Source of the DNA: Thermodesulfobacteriota bacterium
GTDB taxonomy: Bacteria; Desulfobacterota; Desulfobacteria; Desulfobacterales; SURF-7
DNA: 64,000 nt
Direction: 5' to 3'
NCBI GenBank assembly: GCA_049320885.1
Contig: JBMORA010000049.1
Coordinates: 1-64,000 of the forward strand
This document shows positions 45,312 through 55,571 of this stretch, piece after piece. Both the position numbers and the translations under genes were made by a program. Within the stretch, counting starts at the first letter, position 1; each line of letters starts with the position of its first letter. The notes beneath the pieces are model-generated. The model searched no databases. It saw nothing but the letters and a program-made list of their open reading frames with translations, and was not told the origin of the DNA.

Positions 45312-45485
45312 ATTGTATATGGCTGTTTGGTTCCTTTCGATAATTCCAACCTACCATTTTCATAGTGCAAAATCAATCTGATAGTCGCTCCGAACACCCC
45401 GGCTTCAGCGGCGGCCAACAGCGGGCACTACCCACCGCCGGAAAACACCGGCCAATTGACCCACCCGCGGTTGGGCGTGCGCTGC

Positions 45486-46091
45486 ACTTCCATGGGCAGC
45501 CATGAAGCACACCGGTTCGAGGGACGAATCATTGCCGCTACCAATAGGGATATTTCCGAGATCGAGGCCAACTCCGCTTCCTGTTTCAGAAGCGACTTTT
45601 TCTACCGTTTGTGTTCGGATATTATCATTGTGCCGCCGCTCAGGGAGCGCATAGTTGAAGACCCGCACGAACTGGAAGATCTTGTCGCCAACACCATTGA
45701 AAAGATTGTCGGTGAACCTTCTCCGAAACTGACGGACATGATTATGGACACCATTTATAAGGAGCCCGGCCGGGACTACTCCTGGCCCGGCAATGTCAGG
45801 GAACTCAGTCAGTGCGTTCGCCGGATTCTTCTGAAACAGACTTACAGTAAGCGAAATGCCGGAAAAGTGACGAATATGTTAGGAAAAAGCAGAACTGGCG
45901 GCACAAGATCAGATTTTGTTAGCACCATACCCGGATTCCCCATTAACAACTGTAAGGAATTTCCTACCGCCCAGGAGATTCTACAATTCTATTGCAAGTT
46001 TCTTTATGACAAGCACGGCACATTGGGCGAGGTCTCACGGGTCACCCGGTTGGACCGGCGCACAGTGAAGAAATACATCTATTCATCTTAA
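45486..46091 (+). pseudogene. 5'-truncated sigma-54-dependent activator (AAA+ C-terminal half + HTH)
   Basis: RIIAATNR, FRSDFFYRL, PPLRER, YSWPGNVREL, HTH LDRRTVKKY; Walker A, GAFTGA and Walker B are absent. Confidence 0.8.
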
Positions 46092-46193
46092 GCATTATTT
46101 TGCTGATTTTGTGTGTTGAAAAACCAGTTGAAAGCGCATAATCAAGAACAGAACCCATCCAAAGCGCTTGTGAGCGGAAAGGACAATCAGGAG

Positions 46194-46757
46194 ATGGATC
46201 AGGACAGGAAACGGATCTGCCCGGTGGAACGGGCCGGGCATCTGGATATGAAAATCCGGCGTTGGTTTCAGGATCCCCGTAAAATTCTGGCGCCCTATGT
46301 CAAGGCCGGTATGACGGTTCTGGACTACGGCTGCGGGCCGGGATTTTTTACCCTGGATCTGGCGGAGATGGTCGGCCGGTCCGGCCGGGTGATCGCCGCG
46401 GATCTGCAGAAGGGCATGCTTGAAAAACTGAAGGAAAAAATGCAGGGAACCGATTGGGAGGGCAGAATCCGGCTGCACCAGTGCGCGGAGAGCCGGATCG
46501 GATTGTCGGAACCGGTCGATTTCGTCCTCTGTTTTTACATGGTGCATGAAATTCCGGATCAGGCCGCGTTTTTCCGGGAACTGCATGGTATCCTGCAACC
46601 CGAAGGGAAGGTGTTGATCGCCGAGCCTCCCGTTCACGTCTCCAAGGCGGCTTTTGACCGCATGATCGCAAGGGCCCGGGCGGAAAACCTCGTGCCGGTG
46701 GAGCGGCCCCGGGTATTCCTGAGCAAGGCCGTGGTCTTGAAACGCGATCAGTCGTAA
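46194..46757 (+). CDS. class I SAM-dependent methyltransferase
   Basis: VLDYGCGPGFFT, IAADLQ, MVHE; AGGAG RBS. Confidence 0.88.
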   Translation: MDQDRKRICPVERAGHLDMKIRRWFQDPRKILAPYVKAGMTVLDYGCGPGFFTLDLAEMVGRSGRVIAADLQKGMLEKLKEKMQGTDWEGRIRLHQCAESRIGLSEPVDFVLCFYMVHEIPDQAAFFRELHGILQPEGKVLIAEPPVHVSKAAFDRMIARARAENLVPVERPRVFLSKAVVLKRDQS

Positions 46758-46784
46758 TCTTTAAAATGCATGGATAGCTGACAC

Positions 46785-47519
46785 ATGACCATTTCCCCTA
46801 CCGGCATCCGCATCATCCGGGGTGACACGAATTTCCTGATCATCGCCCCCCACGGGCCGTTCATCAACGGCGTTCACCAGAACGATCTGCGCACCGGTCT
46901 GATTGCCGAGGAGGTCCAGCGCCGCCTCGGCTGTTCCGCCATCATCAATGACCTGTATTTCAAGCCCAAGGGAACGATCAAAAAGGATGCTTCGCGGTTT
47001 TTCCTGGATTTGTTCCGAAGGGACCATGCCGCAAAGGTTCCCGGTTACCTCGAAGCCGTCTCCGCGGTCGTTCGGGGAGACGGCAACACCCTGGTGGTCT
47101 GGATTCATGGCATCGCCGACGATGTCGCCCTGGCCCGGGGCCTGGAACATCGCCGCCTTGGCCTGTATGGCGGAACCCCGGATTCCCTGCACGCCTTGAT
47201 CGGTTATGGGCAGGGAGGCGATCCGAAGACCGGTGATGCCATGGAGCGGCCGACCATGCGGAAGGAAAGGGCCGCGGCCTTCCGGGATGAATTGACCTCC
47301 CGGGGCATGACAACCCTCTTGACCCATCCGGACAGCACCCATTTCCGGGGACGCGATGAAAAAAGACTGAATCAATGGTTCGTGCAGCAGGGATATGGAT
47401 TCGACCAGGTGGAGTCGGTCCAGCTGGAAATCAGGGAAACCGGATTCCGCGATTCAACGGAAAATGCCGTCGACACTGCGCGGATGATTGCAAACGCCCT
47501 TGCTTGTCTCCGCCCCTGA
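46785..47519 (+). CDS. hypothetical protein, possible Zn-carboxypeptidase/amidohydrolase fold
   Basis: IIAPHG, ND..TG.IAE, VWIHG, SVQLEI pattern; coding-like codon usage. Confidence 0.6.
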   Translation: MTISPTGIRIIRGDTNFLIIAPHGPFINGVHQNDLRTGLIAEEVQRRLGCSAIINDLYFKPKGTIKKDASRFFLDLFRRDHAAKVPGYLEAVSAVVRGDGNTLVVWIHGIADDVALARGLEHRRLGLYGGTPDSLHALIGYGQGGDPKTGDAMERPTMRKERAAAFRDELTSRGMTTLLTHPDSTHFRGRDEKRLNQWFVQQGYGFDQVESVQLEIRETGFRDSTENAVDTARMIANALACLRP

Positions 47520-47658
47520 TGGCCATTGGGGTTTCCTCCTCCGGTTTGCCGACCGGACGATTATTTCTTGACGAAATGTAGACAAATGGCTACATACTTT
47601 CCGGACAACCTGCCAGGTGATTGATTGATGCGCATCGGCTTTTGGGAAAGGGGCAGCC

Positions 47659-49647
47659 ATGAAAACAGCAAGCAGTAGGGCAATATGGATCTGTATAGCG
47701 GCAATGGCCGTCGGGTGCGGAGTTCATCCCGTCCGGCAACCGGAAAGCACCGCCGATGAACAAGGTCATACGCCGCCGACGGCGGTGACGGCCGCCGCCA
47801 ATGAGCGGATACTAAAGCAGCTGCCCTTTTCCGATCAACAGGACTTTGTCGAAGCCATGCGCGGGCTTGTCGCCCGAGAAGAAAACCCGCGCATGGAGGG
47901 AGAGCAGGGGGAGGTGTTTGATCAGAGCGCATACGGCTTCATTCAGGGGGAAGCGCCGGCCAGCGTGAATCCGAGCCTCTGGCGCCAGGCCCGGCTCAAC
48001 AATATTCATGGTCTCTTTCAAGTGACGGAGGGGATATACCAGCTGCGGGGCTTCGACCTGGCAAACATGACGATCATTGCGGGCAGAGAGGGCTGGATCA
48101 TCGTCGACCCCCTGACCGCCAGGGAGACCGCTACCCGGGCCTTGGCCTTCGCCCGCCGTCACCTGGGAAATCATCCCATCACGGCCGTTCTGTTCACCCA
48201 CAGCCATGTGGATCATTTCGGCGGGGTGCTGGGGGTGTTGAGCCGGGAAGAAGCGGCGGTGAACAAGGTCCGCATCATCGCGCCCAAGGGGTTCATGGAG
48301 GAAGCCACCAGCGAGAACATCCTGGCGGGTCCCGCCATGCTGCGGCGTTCGGAATACATGTACGGCCGACGATTGGCCCGTTCCGAGCGCGGCCATGTTG
48401 ATTCCGGTCTGGGAAAGGGTCCGGCCTATGGGACCGTGGGTATTCTTTCCCCCACGGAAACCGTGGACCGGACGTCCCAGGAGATGACCATCGACGGGGT
48501 GCGCTTTGTTTTTCAATCTGCGCCCGAATCCGAGGCGCCGGCGGAATTCACCTTTTATCTTCCGGAAAAAAAAGCCTTCTGCGGCGCGGAGATCGTCTCG
48601 CGCCATATGCACAACCTGTACACCCCGCGGGGTGCCAAGGTCCGCAACGCCCTGGCCTGGAGCCATTATATCGACCAGGCGCGGGAGCTCTTCGGCGATG
48701 CGGAGATCTATTTCGGATGCCATCACTGGCCCATCTGGGGCAACCGGCGGATCATCACTTTTTTAAAACAGCAGCGGGACACCTATAAGTACATTCATGA
48801 CCAGACCCTGCGTCTGGCCCATTCCGGCTGCACCCCCCTGGAAATCGCGGAACAGTTGACCATGCCGGCCTCTTTACAAACGGTGTTCTCCAGCCGCGAA
48901 TATTACGGCACCCTGCGCCACAATTCCCGGGCGGTCTACCAGTATTATTACGGTTGGTTCGACGGAAATCCGGCCAACCTCAACCCGCTGCCGCCGGAGG
49001 AATCCGCCAAACGTTATGTGGCCTGCATGGGCGGCGCCGGCAACGTGCTCGGGAACGCCCGGGAGTCCTTTGAAAAAGGCGATTACCGCTGGGCGGCGGA
49101 GATTCTGAACAAACTGGTCTTCGCGGAACCGGAAAACGCCGCCGCGAAGGACCTGCTGGCCCGGACCTATGATCAGTTGGGATATCAGGCGGAATCAGGA
49201 CCCTGGCGGGATATATATCTGACCGGCGCTTATGAACTCCGGCAAGGCGGACCGGAAACCGGGTTCGATCTTTCCCGGACCAGGGAACTCTTGAAACACA
49301 CACCTTTGGAGCGCTTTTTCGATGCCATGGCCGTGAGGTTGAACGGTCCCAAGGCCGAAGGCGTGGAACTGACCGTGAATTTCGTGTTTACGGATTTGTC
49401 GGAAACCCATGTGTTGACCATCGAAAATTCCGTGCTGCACCACCGCAAGGGGGATCCCGAACCGCATGCCGACGCCACCTTGAAACTGACCCATGATCTG
49501 TATCTGACCATGGCCCTGGGCAAGGCGAAGATAACGGAGACCCTGCTGTCGGACCAGTTCGAGACCGAGGGCAGCCTGCTGGCCCTGGTGCGGTTTTTTT
49601 CCCTGTTCGACAAGCCCGATACCACCTTTGCCATCGTGACTCCGTAA
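47659..49647 (+). CDS. alkyl/aryl sulfatase (SdsA1/YjcS family, MBL fold + dimerisation + SCP2-like domain)
   Basis: NPSLWRQARLN, RGFDLAN, THSHVDHFGG, HNLYTPRGAKVR, HHWP, GWFDGNPANL; lipobox-like AVGC. Confidence 0.92.
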   Translation: MKTASSRAIWICIAAMAVGCGVHPVRQPESTADEQGHTPPTAVTAAANERILKQLPFSDQQDFVEAMRGLVAREENPRMEGEQGEVFDQSAYGFIQGEAPASVNPSLWRQARLNNIHGLFQVTEGIYQLRGFDLANMTIIAGREGWIIVDPLTARETATRALAFARRHLGNHPITAVLFTHSHVDHFGGVLGVLSREEAAVNKVRIIAPKGFMEEATSENILAGPAMLRRSEYMYGRRLARSERGHVDSGLGKGPAYGTVGILSPTETVDRTSQEMTIDGVRFVFQSAPESEAPAEFTFYLPEKKAFCGAEIVSRHMHNLYTPRGAKVRNALAWSHYIDQARELFGDAEIYFGCHHWPIWGNRRIITFLKQQRDTYKYIHDQTLRLAHSGCTPLEIAEQLTMPASLQTVFSSREYYGTLRHNSRAVYQYYYGWFDGNPANLNPLPPEESAKRYVACMGGAGNVLGNARESFEKGDYRWAAEILNKLVFAEPENAAAKDLLARTYDQLGYQAESGPWRDIYLTGAYELRQGGPETGFDLSRTRELLKHTPLERFFDAMAVRLNGPKAEGVELTVNFVFTDLSETHVLTIENSVLHHRKGDPEPHADATLKLTHDLYLTMALGKAKITETLLSDQFETEGSLLALVRFFSLFDKPDTTFAIVTP

Positions 49648-49694
49648 GATCGTTGGAAATCATGGCAGGGCATCCTGTCATGGCAGGGTTGCTA

Positions 49695-50189
49695 TCAGCG
49701 ATCGGTCCCGGATTCAGTTGCCTTCTTCCCGGTATCCAGTACTGATTCCAGCAGTTGGACGACGGCGGCGTAAATCCGCGGATCCTCGCTGGCCCGGGGG
49801 CCGGCGACGTTCAATATCCGGACGTTGTTTTCGGCGAGCCAGACCGCCAACCGGCGGCCGGCTGCGGCCCTGGATATGGATTTCAGGTTCAGATGGAGGG
49901 ACGGCCGGCCATGTTTCCGGGCCAACGCGGCGGTCAGTTTCGAGCCGCCGGTGAGCCTGCCGTGGGATACGATCAGGGTGGCGTCGGCATCCAGAATGTT
50001 TTGTTCCGTCCGTCTGGGATAGCCGGTGGTGTCCATCTCGCGGAGGTGATAGCATTCGGGCAAGGGCCCGGCTTCGGTGCGCCGGCCCTTGGGGATCCAG
50101 CCGCCGTGAGGAATGCCCAGGCGGATGGCCGTATCCAGACCAGCCTGGTCGGCGCCGGTTTGACCGCCGGAGATTATTTGGGTCAGCAT
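49695..50189 (-). CDS. putative molybdenum-carrier (SLOG-family) protein
   Basis: IISGGQTGADQAGLD, GGWIPKGR, RTEQN, LNVAGPRAS; GGAGG RBS. Confidence 0.85.
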   Translation of the reverse strand: MLTQIISGGQTGADQAGLDTAIRLGIPHGGWIPKGRRTEAGPLPECYHLREMDTTGYPRRTEQNILDADATLIVSHGRLTGGSKLTAALARKHGRPSLHLNLKSISRAAAGRRLAVWLAENNVRILNVAGPRASEDPRIYAAVVQLLESVLDTGKKATESGTDR

Positions 50190-50213
50190 GGCGTCCTCCC
50201 GGAAAGAATTGTA

Positions 50214-50242
50214 TTGACATGCACAGCGCTTTTGTTCATACT
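50214..50242 (+). promoter_or_regulatory. sigma-70 promoter candidate for the DEAD-box helicase
   Basis: TTGACA-17bp-CATACT; implies a 5' leader of about 160 nt. Confidence 0.6.
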
Positions 50243-50411
50243 CGGCGCTCGAAAAAAGCAAGTTCTCAGCACCTCCGCCAATCTCTGATCTCACTTCTTT
50301 TTTTGATACGCCATTGCCGACATTGTAAATATCTTTAGGAAAGAAAACAACCGGGACGACATTTTTGATGATTGGGAAGATGCCGTTTCCACTTGAGTCA
50401 GGAAAAAACAA

Positions 50412-52145
50412 ATGAGTTTTGAAAATTTGGAATTACACGAGGCGTTGCTCCGGGCCTTGCGGGACCTGGGATTTGTGGAGCCGACCCCCATTCAGACAGA
50501 GGCTATTCCGGAGATCATCGGCGGTGACAAGGACCTGGTGGGGCTGGCCCAGACCGGCACCGGCAAAACAGCGGCATTTGGTCTGCCCATGATTCAGTTG
50601 ATCGATTTCGAAGCAAAGCATACCCAGGGGATCGTCATCTGTCCGACCCGGGAATTGTGTGTTCAAATCACGCAGGATCTGCAAAGCTATTGCAATTATA
50701 TCCAGTCGGCCAACATTGCCGCCGTGTACGGCGGGGCCGGTTATGATGTCCAAATCCGTCAGATCCGGAAAGGCGCCCAGATCATTGTGGCCACGCCGGG
50801 AAGAATGCTGGATCTGATTCGTCGCGGGGTCATCCGCTTGGCTTTGGTGAAGTATGTGGTGCTGGATGAGGCCGATGAGATGCTGAATATGGGATTCCAG
50901 GAAGATATCGACGCCATCATGGGCCAGACCCCTGCCGGCAAACGGGTCTGGTTGTTTTCCGCCACCATGCCCAAATCCGTGGCCGGCATCGCCCGGAAAT
51001 ATATGCATCAGCCGGTGGAAATCACCATCGGCCGGAAGAACGCCGGCGCCGACAATATCGACCATATGTATTTTGTTGTCCGGGAAAAGGACCGGTACGC
51101 GGCGTTGAAACGGATTATCGATTTTCACCCGGATATTTACGGCCTCGTGTTTTGCCGCACCCGCAAGGAAACCCAGGAAATTGCCGAGAAGCTGATCAAG
51201 GACGGATACAGCGCCGAGGCCCTGCATGGCGACCTGTCCCAGCCGTTGCGGGACCAGGTCATGGGCCGCTACCGGGCAAAAGCGATTCAGGTGCTGGTGG
51301 CCACGGATGTGGCCGCCAGGGGCATTGATGTCCAGGACATTTCCCACGTCATCAACTATATGCTGCCGGACGAACCGGACAATTACACCCATCGAAGCGG
51401 CCGCACCGGCCGGGCCGGGAAATCCGGCAAGTCCGTGGCCATCATCAACACCAAGGAAAAATACAAACTCGAACAGATCGAACGAAAATCCGGGGTCACC
51501 TTCACCTATATCGAGGTTCCCGACGGGCAGGCGGTTTGTGAAAATCAGCTCTACGCCATGATCAACAAGCTGGTGGCCGTGGATGTCAACCATGCCGCGA
51601 TTGATCGATTTCTGCCCCCGGTCTACAGCGCCCTGGCAGGATTGACCAGGGAAGAGCTGATCCGGAAATTCGTTTCCGTCGAATTCAATCGCTTTCTGGA
51701 GTATTATAAAGACGCTGCGGATATCAATGCGACGCGGCCGAAAAATGCCCCCCCAAAAGCATCCAATAAACGATCCGACAGGAAGACGTCCGCCGGCAGC
51801 GAACCGGTAGGAGAGACCAGGCGTTTTTTCATGAACGCCGGCCGCCTGGACAATATCGTTACCGGCACCGTCATCCGCAACGTGTGTGATCGCTCCGGGA
51901 TCAGCGCCGACAGTATCGGCAGAATCGAAATATTGCGCGAATTCTCCTTTTTCGAAGTAAAGGCGTCTCTGGCGGAAAAAGTATTGAAATCCATGACCAA
52001 AACCAGGATCGACGGCCGCGAGATCCGGATTCAGTTTGCTGACGACAGTATTGTCCGGGAGAAGCCGGCCGGAAAGAAAAAGAAAGCAAAAAAGGTATCT
52101 AACCACTTTGGCAATCACGGGAAAAGACGGTCGCATCATCCCTGA
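50412..52145 (+). CDS. DEAD-box RNA helicase with DbpA-type RNA-binding domain
   Basis: PTPIQ, AQTGTGKT, PTREL, DEAD, SAT, ARGID, HRSGRTGR. Confidence 0.93.
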   Translation: MSFENLELHEALLRALRDLGFVEPTPIQTEAIPEIIGGDKDLVGLAQTGTGKTAAFGLPMIQLIDFEAKHTQGIVICPTRELCVQITQDLQSYCNYIQSANIAAVYGGAGYDVQIRQIRKGAQIIVATPGRMLDLIRRGVIRLALVKYVVLDEADEMLNMGFQEDIDAIMGQTPAGKRVWLFSATMPKSVAGIARKYMHQPVEITIGRKNAGADNIDHMYFVVREKDRYAALKRIIDFHPDIYGLVFCRTRKETQEIAEKLIKDGYSAEALHGDLSQPLRDQVMGRYRAKAIQVLVATDVAARGIDVQDISHVINYMLPDEPDNYTHRSGRTGRAGKSGKSVAIINTKEKYKLEQIERKSGVTFTYIEVPDGQAVCENQLYAMINKLVAVDVNHAAIDRFLPPVYSALAGLTREELIRKFVSVEFNRFLEYYKDAADINATRPKNAPPKASNKRSDRKTSAGSEPVGETRRFFMNAGRLDNIVTGTVIRNVCDRSGISADSIGRIEILREFSFFEVKASLAEKVLKSMTKTRIDGREIRIQFADDSIVREKPAGKKKKAKKVSNHFGNHGKRRSHHP

Positions 52146-52165
52146 TGTGACAGAAGGGGAATGGA

Positions 52166-52525
52166 ATGGATATCAATCAGATCGTTGCGACAATCCGGAA
52201 CCATCCGGATGCGGCCAAAATCGGTATGATCGCCACCCATCTGGGACTGGTTCGGGGAACCTCCCGGTCCGGAGAGCCGGTGGCAGCCATCCAGGTTCAC
52301 TATGATCCGGATGCGCTCCGGGGCATTCAAGCGGAAATGAAGAAACGCCCCGGTATCCTGGAGGTGGTCATCGAAATCAATGAAGGCCGTCTTTCGGTGG
52401 GCGACGCCATCATGTGCGTTGCCGTTGCCGGGGATATCCGGGAGCATGTGTTTCCCGCCCTGGCGGAGACGGTGGAGCGGATCAAAAAGGAAGCCAGCCG
52501 CAAGCAGGAGTTTTACCGGGAATAA
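52166..52525 (+). CDS. moaE: molybdopterin synthase catalytic subunit
   Basis: GMIATHLGLVRG, GRLSVGD...VAVAGDIR..VF, IKK. Confidence 0.8.
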   Translation: MDINQIVATIRNHPDAAKIGMIATHLGLVRGTSRSGEPVAAIQVHYDPDALRGIQAEMKKRPGILEVVIEINEGRLSVGDAIMCVAVAGDIREHVFPALAETVERIKKEASRKQEFYRE

Positions 52526-52551
52526 CCTTCGATATTGCCTTGAGATTGCGG

Positions 52552-54045
52552 CTATTCTTCCTCCAGGGATTTCTCCGCCGCCGACCCGGAACGGACCTGC
52601 CGGGTCAGTTTGGTGGTGCTGTAGCCCTGGACGAGTTCCACGAGCTTGACGCTTCCGCCGTAGGACTCCACCACTTCCCTTCCCACCACCTCATGGGTTT
52701 TGTAGTCCGAGCCCTTCACCAGGATGTCGGGTTTCAATGCCTGAATCAGGTGAAGGGGCGTGTCTTCGTCAAAATGCACCACCAGATCGACACAGGCCAA
52801 GGCCCCGAGCATGGCGGCCCGGTCCTGCTCGGACAGGATCGGACGGCCGCTGCCTTTCAATCTCCGGACGGATGCGTCCGTGTTCAGGCCCACGATCAGG
52901 CGATCTCCCAGGGCGCGGGCCTGGTACAGCAGACTGATATGGCCGGGATGGAGCAGGTCGAAACAGCCGTTGGTGAACACCACGGTGGAGCCCGCCGCCC
53001 GCCACTCCTGAACCTTTGCCCGGGCTGCATCCAGGGCAGCTATTTTGGCTGCGGAAAAAGGGTAATAGCGCTGCTGGTCGTTGAAACGCAGGCATGTCGC
53101 CAATTCGGAGGATAGAATCGGCTGGGTGCCCAGTTTCCCCACCACGATGCCGGCGGCCAGGTTTGCGATCCGGGCGGCGGATTCCATGGATTGACCGGCT
53201 GCCAGGGCTGCCGCCAGGGTGGCGATGACCGTGTCTCCGGCGCCGGAGACGTCATATACTTCCCGGGCTTCCGCGGGGATCACGACGGGTTGCGACGGCC
53301 CCACCAGGCACATGCCTTTCGGACCGCGGGTGACTAGCAGCCAGTCGGCGTCGAAGCGGGAGCGGACGGCATGGGCCGCGGAAATCAGGGCCGCCTCGTC
53401 GTCTTCCGGCACGGTTCCGGCCACGGCTTCCAGCTCGGACGCATTCGGCGTGATGCAGGTGGCCTTATGATAGCGCTGCCAGTCGGTTCCCTTGGGATCC
53501 ACCAGCACGGGAATTCTCAGTTGGCGCGCCTCCTGGATGATGTTCCGGGTTATGGTTCCCGAGGCGAACAGGCCCTTGCCGTAATCCGACAGGATGACGG
53601 CCTGGCATTTTCCCAGCTCCCGGCTCGCCGCCGCCAGGACTCGCTGTTCTGTTTCCGGTGACAGAGCCCGTGAACTTTCTTCATCCAGCCGCAGCGCCTG
53701 TTGGGTATGGGCCATGATGCGTGTCTTGGTGGTGGTGGGCCGGCCGGCTTCTTCGATCAGTTGGTGGGTGATGCTTTTCTGGCTGAGGAGCTGCTGCAAT
53801 TCCGCCGCTGCATGATCCCTGCCGCAGACCCCCACCACGGATACGCCGCATCCCAGACCGGACAGATTGTTGGCAACATTTCCGGCGCCGCCCAGGGTTA
53901 CCGTGGTGCGTTCCAGTTTTACCACCGGAACCGGGGCTTCGGGTGAAATGCGGCTGACTTTGCCCCAGATATAGCGGTCCAGCATGATATCGCCGACCAC
54001 CAGGACACGGACCTTGTCAAAGGAGATGGGGGAACTGCTCATCAT
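52552..54045 (-). CDS. hldE: bifunctional heptose-7-phosphate kinase / heptose-1-phosphate adenylyltransferase
   Basis: [44 protein letters not shown]. Confidence 0.95.
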   Translation of the reverse strand: MMSSSPISFDKVRVLVVGDIMLDRYIWGKVSRISPEAPVPVVKLERTTVTLGGAGNVANNLSGLGCGVSVVGVCGRDHAAAELQQLLSQKSITHQLIEEAGRPTTTKTRIMAHTQQALRLDEESSRALSPETEQRVLAAASRELGKCQAVILSDYGKGLFASGTITRNIIQEARQLRIPVLVDPKGTDWQRYHKATCITPNASELEAVAGTVPEDDEAALISAAHAVRSRFDADWLLVTRGPKGMCLVGPSQPVVIPAEAREVYDVSGAGDTVIATLAAALAAGQSMESAARIANLAAGIVVGKLGTQPILSSELATCLRFNDQQRYYPFSAAKIAALDAARAKVQEWRAAGSTVVFTNGCFDLLHPGHISLLYQARALGDRLIVGLNTDASVRRLKGSGRPILSEQDRAAMLGALACVDLVVHFDEDTPLHLIQALKPDILVKGSDYKTHEVVGREVVESYGGSVKLVELVQGYSTTKLTRQVRSGSAAEKSLEEE

Positions 54046-54620
54046 GGCTCCGGGTTTTCGGAAGAAGACGTTAGCATTTGTTCGATGGCCCCGGCCCAGA
54101 AATGCAGGATGAAACCGTGGGCTTCCTGGATCCGGGCGGTGGTCCGGGCCGGGATCACGACGGACGCATCCACCAGCGCTGCCAGCCGGCCGCCTGTCCT
54201 GCCGAGCAATCCCACGGTGAAGATGCCGGTCTCACGGGCCATGGATACGGCGCGGATCACATTCGCCGATTCGCCGGAAGTGGAAATGCCGATCAAGGCG
54301 TCTCCCGGTCTTCCCAGTCCCTGCACCTGCCGGCTGAAAATGTCGGCGAAACCGTAATCATTGCCCACGGCGGTCAGGATGGAGGTATCGGTGGTGAGGG
54401 CCACGGCCGGCCAGGCGGCCCGTTCCTTTTCAAAGCGTCCGATGATCTCGGCGGCAAAATGCTGGGCGTCGGCGGCGGAACCGCCGTTGCCGCATATCAG
54501 AATTTTTCCTCCGGACTGGATGGCGCCGGCCAGTCGCCGGCCGACCTCTTGTACAACGTTTTCCAGAGACCCCAGCCGGGCAAAACAATCCAGATGTTCC
54601 TGCAATGCTTTTCGGTACAT
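54042..54620 (-). CDS. gmhA: phosphoheptose isomerase
   Basis: [33 protein letters not shown] overlap with hldE. Confidence 0.95.
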   Translation of the reverse strand: MYRKALQEHLDCFARLGSLENVVQEVGRRLAGAIQSGGKILICGNGGSAADAQHFAAEIIGRFEKERAAWPAVALTTDTSILTAVGNDYGFADIFSRQVQGLGRPGDALIGISTSGESANVIRAVSMARETGIFTVGLLGRTGGRLAALVDASVVIPARTTARIQEAHGFILHFWAGAIEQMLTSSSENPEP

Positions 54621-54626
54621 GAATTT

Positions 54627-55571
54627 TCAGTTCCCATATTCCAGAATCATCGCCGCCAGCAGGGGAATCATGATCTCATGATGCCCGGTGAGCGCATATC
54701 CCTTGCCCATTTTGAGTACCGGCCGCTGAACCACATTGACCGTGGGTCGATACTGCTGGATCATGTCGAAATTGGCGGTGACAAAGTCCGTGACATCATG
54801 CCCCAGATTGCGGGCCACGGCCAGTGCTTTTAAAAAAACCTCGGGCATGATCACCGCCGATCCCAGGTTCAGCGCCACCCCGCCGTGTCCCAGGCGGGAA
54901 ACCGTATCCGCGGCAATTCGGAAATCCCGCAGGGAAGCCTCGCCGATGGCGGCGCCGTCGGCGGAAGGGTGCTGATGGACGATGTCGGTGCCCATGGCGA
55001 TATGCAGGGTGTAGGGGATTTTCAACCGATACGCGGCCGCCAGCAGGGCGCGTTCCAGATGGGGCGCCTTCCGTTCCACCAGCAGAGCGCCCACGGCTTC
55101 GCCGAAGCCTTCCTTGGCAGCCGCGGCCCGTTTGGCGGCGGTGTTGATCAATTCCGCGGTGTCGTCCGCCATGCCGAAGGAACCGTCCTCCAGATGGGCG
55201 GCCACGTCCTCGGAGGTATGGCCGCAAAGTGCCAGTTCCGCATCATGGACGGCGGCACTGCCGTTGGAAGCGAAATGACTGATGAATCCCTTGGCGGCCA
55301 GATCGGCCAGGATGGGGCTGCAGCCGGTTTTGATCACATGGCCGCCCAGCATGACCATCACGGGCTTGCCCGCCTGCCTGGCATGCACCACGGCCCGGGC
55401 AACCGCTTTCAGATCATCGGCCTTCAAGACGGATGGGAGGCACTCCAGAAACTCGGTAAAACGCATACCCGCCTGGGGCGGCTTGCCTTCCACGGTTGTC
55501 GTCATTTTGGAGGCACGCCCGGCGGCGGCATAGGTGCGGATATGGGTCAGATCGATTTCCGGATAGGGCAT
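54627..55571 (-). CDS. conserved hypothetical protein with deoxyhypusine-synthase-like fold
   Basis: LGGHVIKTG, NGS...HD.E, TSEDV...G.FG, GTDIVH.HP, GSAVIMPEVFLKAL, GHHEIMIPLL. Confidence 0.7.
   Translation of the reverse strand: MPYPEIDLTHIRTYAAAGRASKMTTTVEGKPPQAGMRFTEFLECLPSVLKADDLKAVARAVVHARQAGKPVMVMLGGHVIKTGCSPILADLAAKGFISHFASNGSAAVHDAELALCGHTSEDVAAHLEDGSFGMADDTAELINTAAKRAAAAKEGFGEAVGALLVERKAPHLERALLAAAYRLKIPYTLHIAMGTDIVHQHPSADGAAIGEASLRDFRIAADTVSRLGHGGVALNLGSAVIMPEVFLKALAVARNLGHDVTDFVTANFDMIQQYRPTVNVVQRPVLKMGKGYALTGHHEIMIPLLAAMILEYGN

Noticed and set aside
49660..49688. Direct repeat TCATGGCAGGG x2 between convergent genes
   Set aside because: Only two 11-bp copies with a 7-bp spacer; not CRISPR-like and no associated element.
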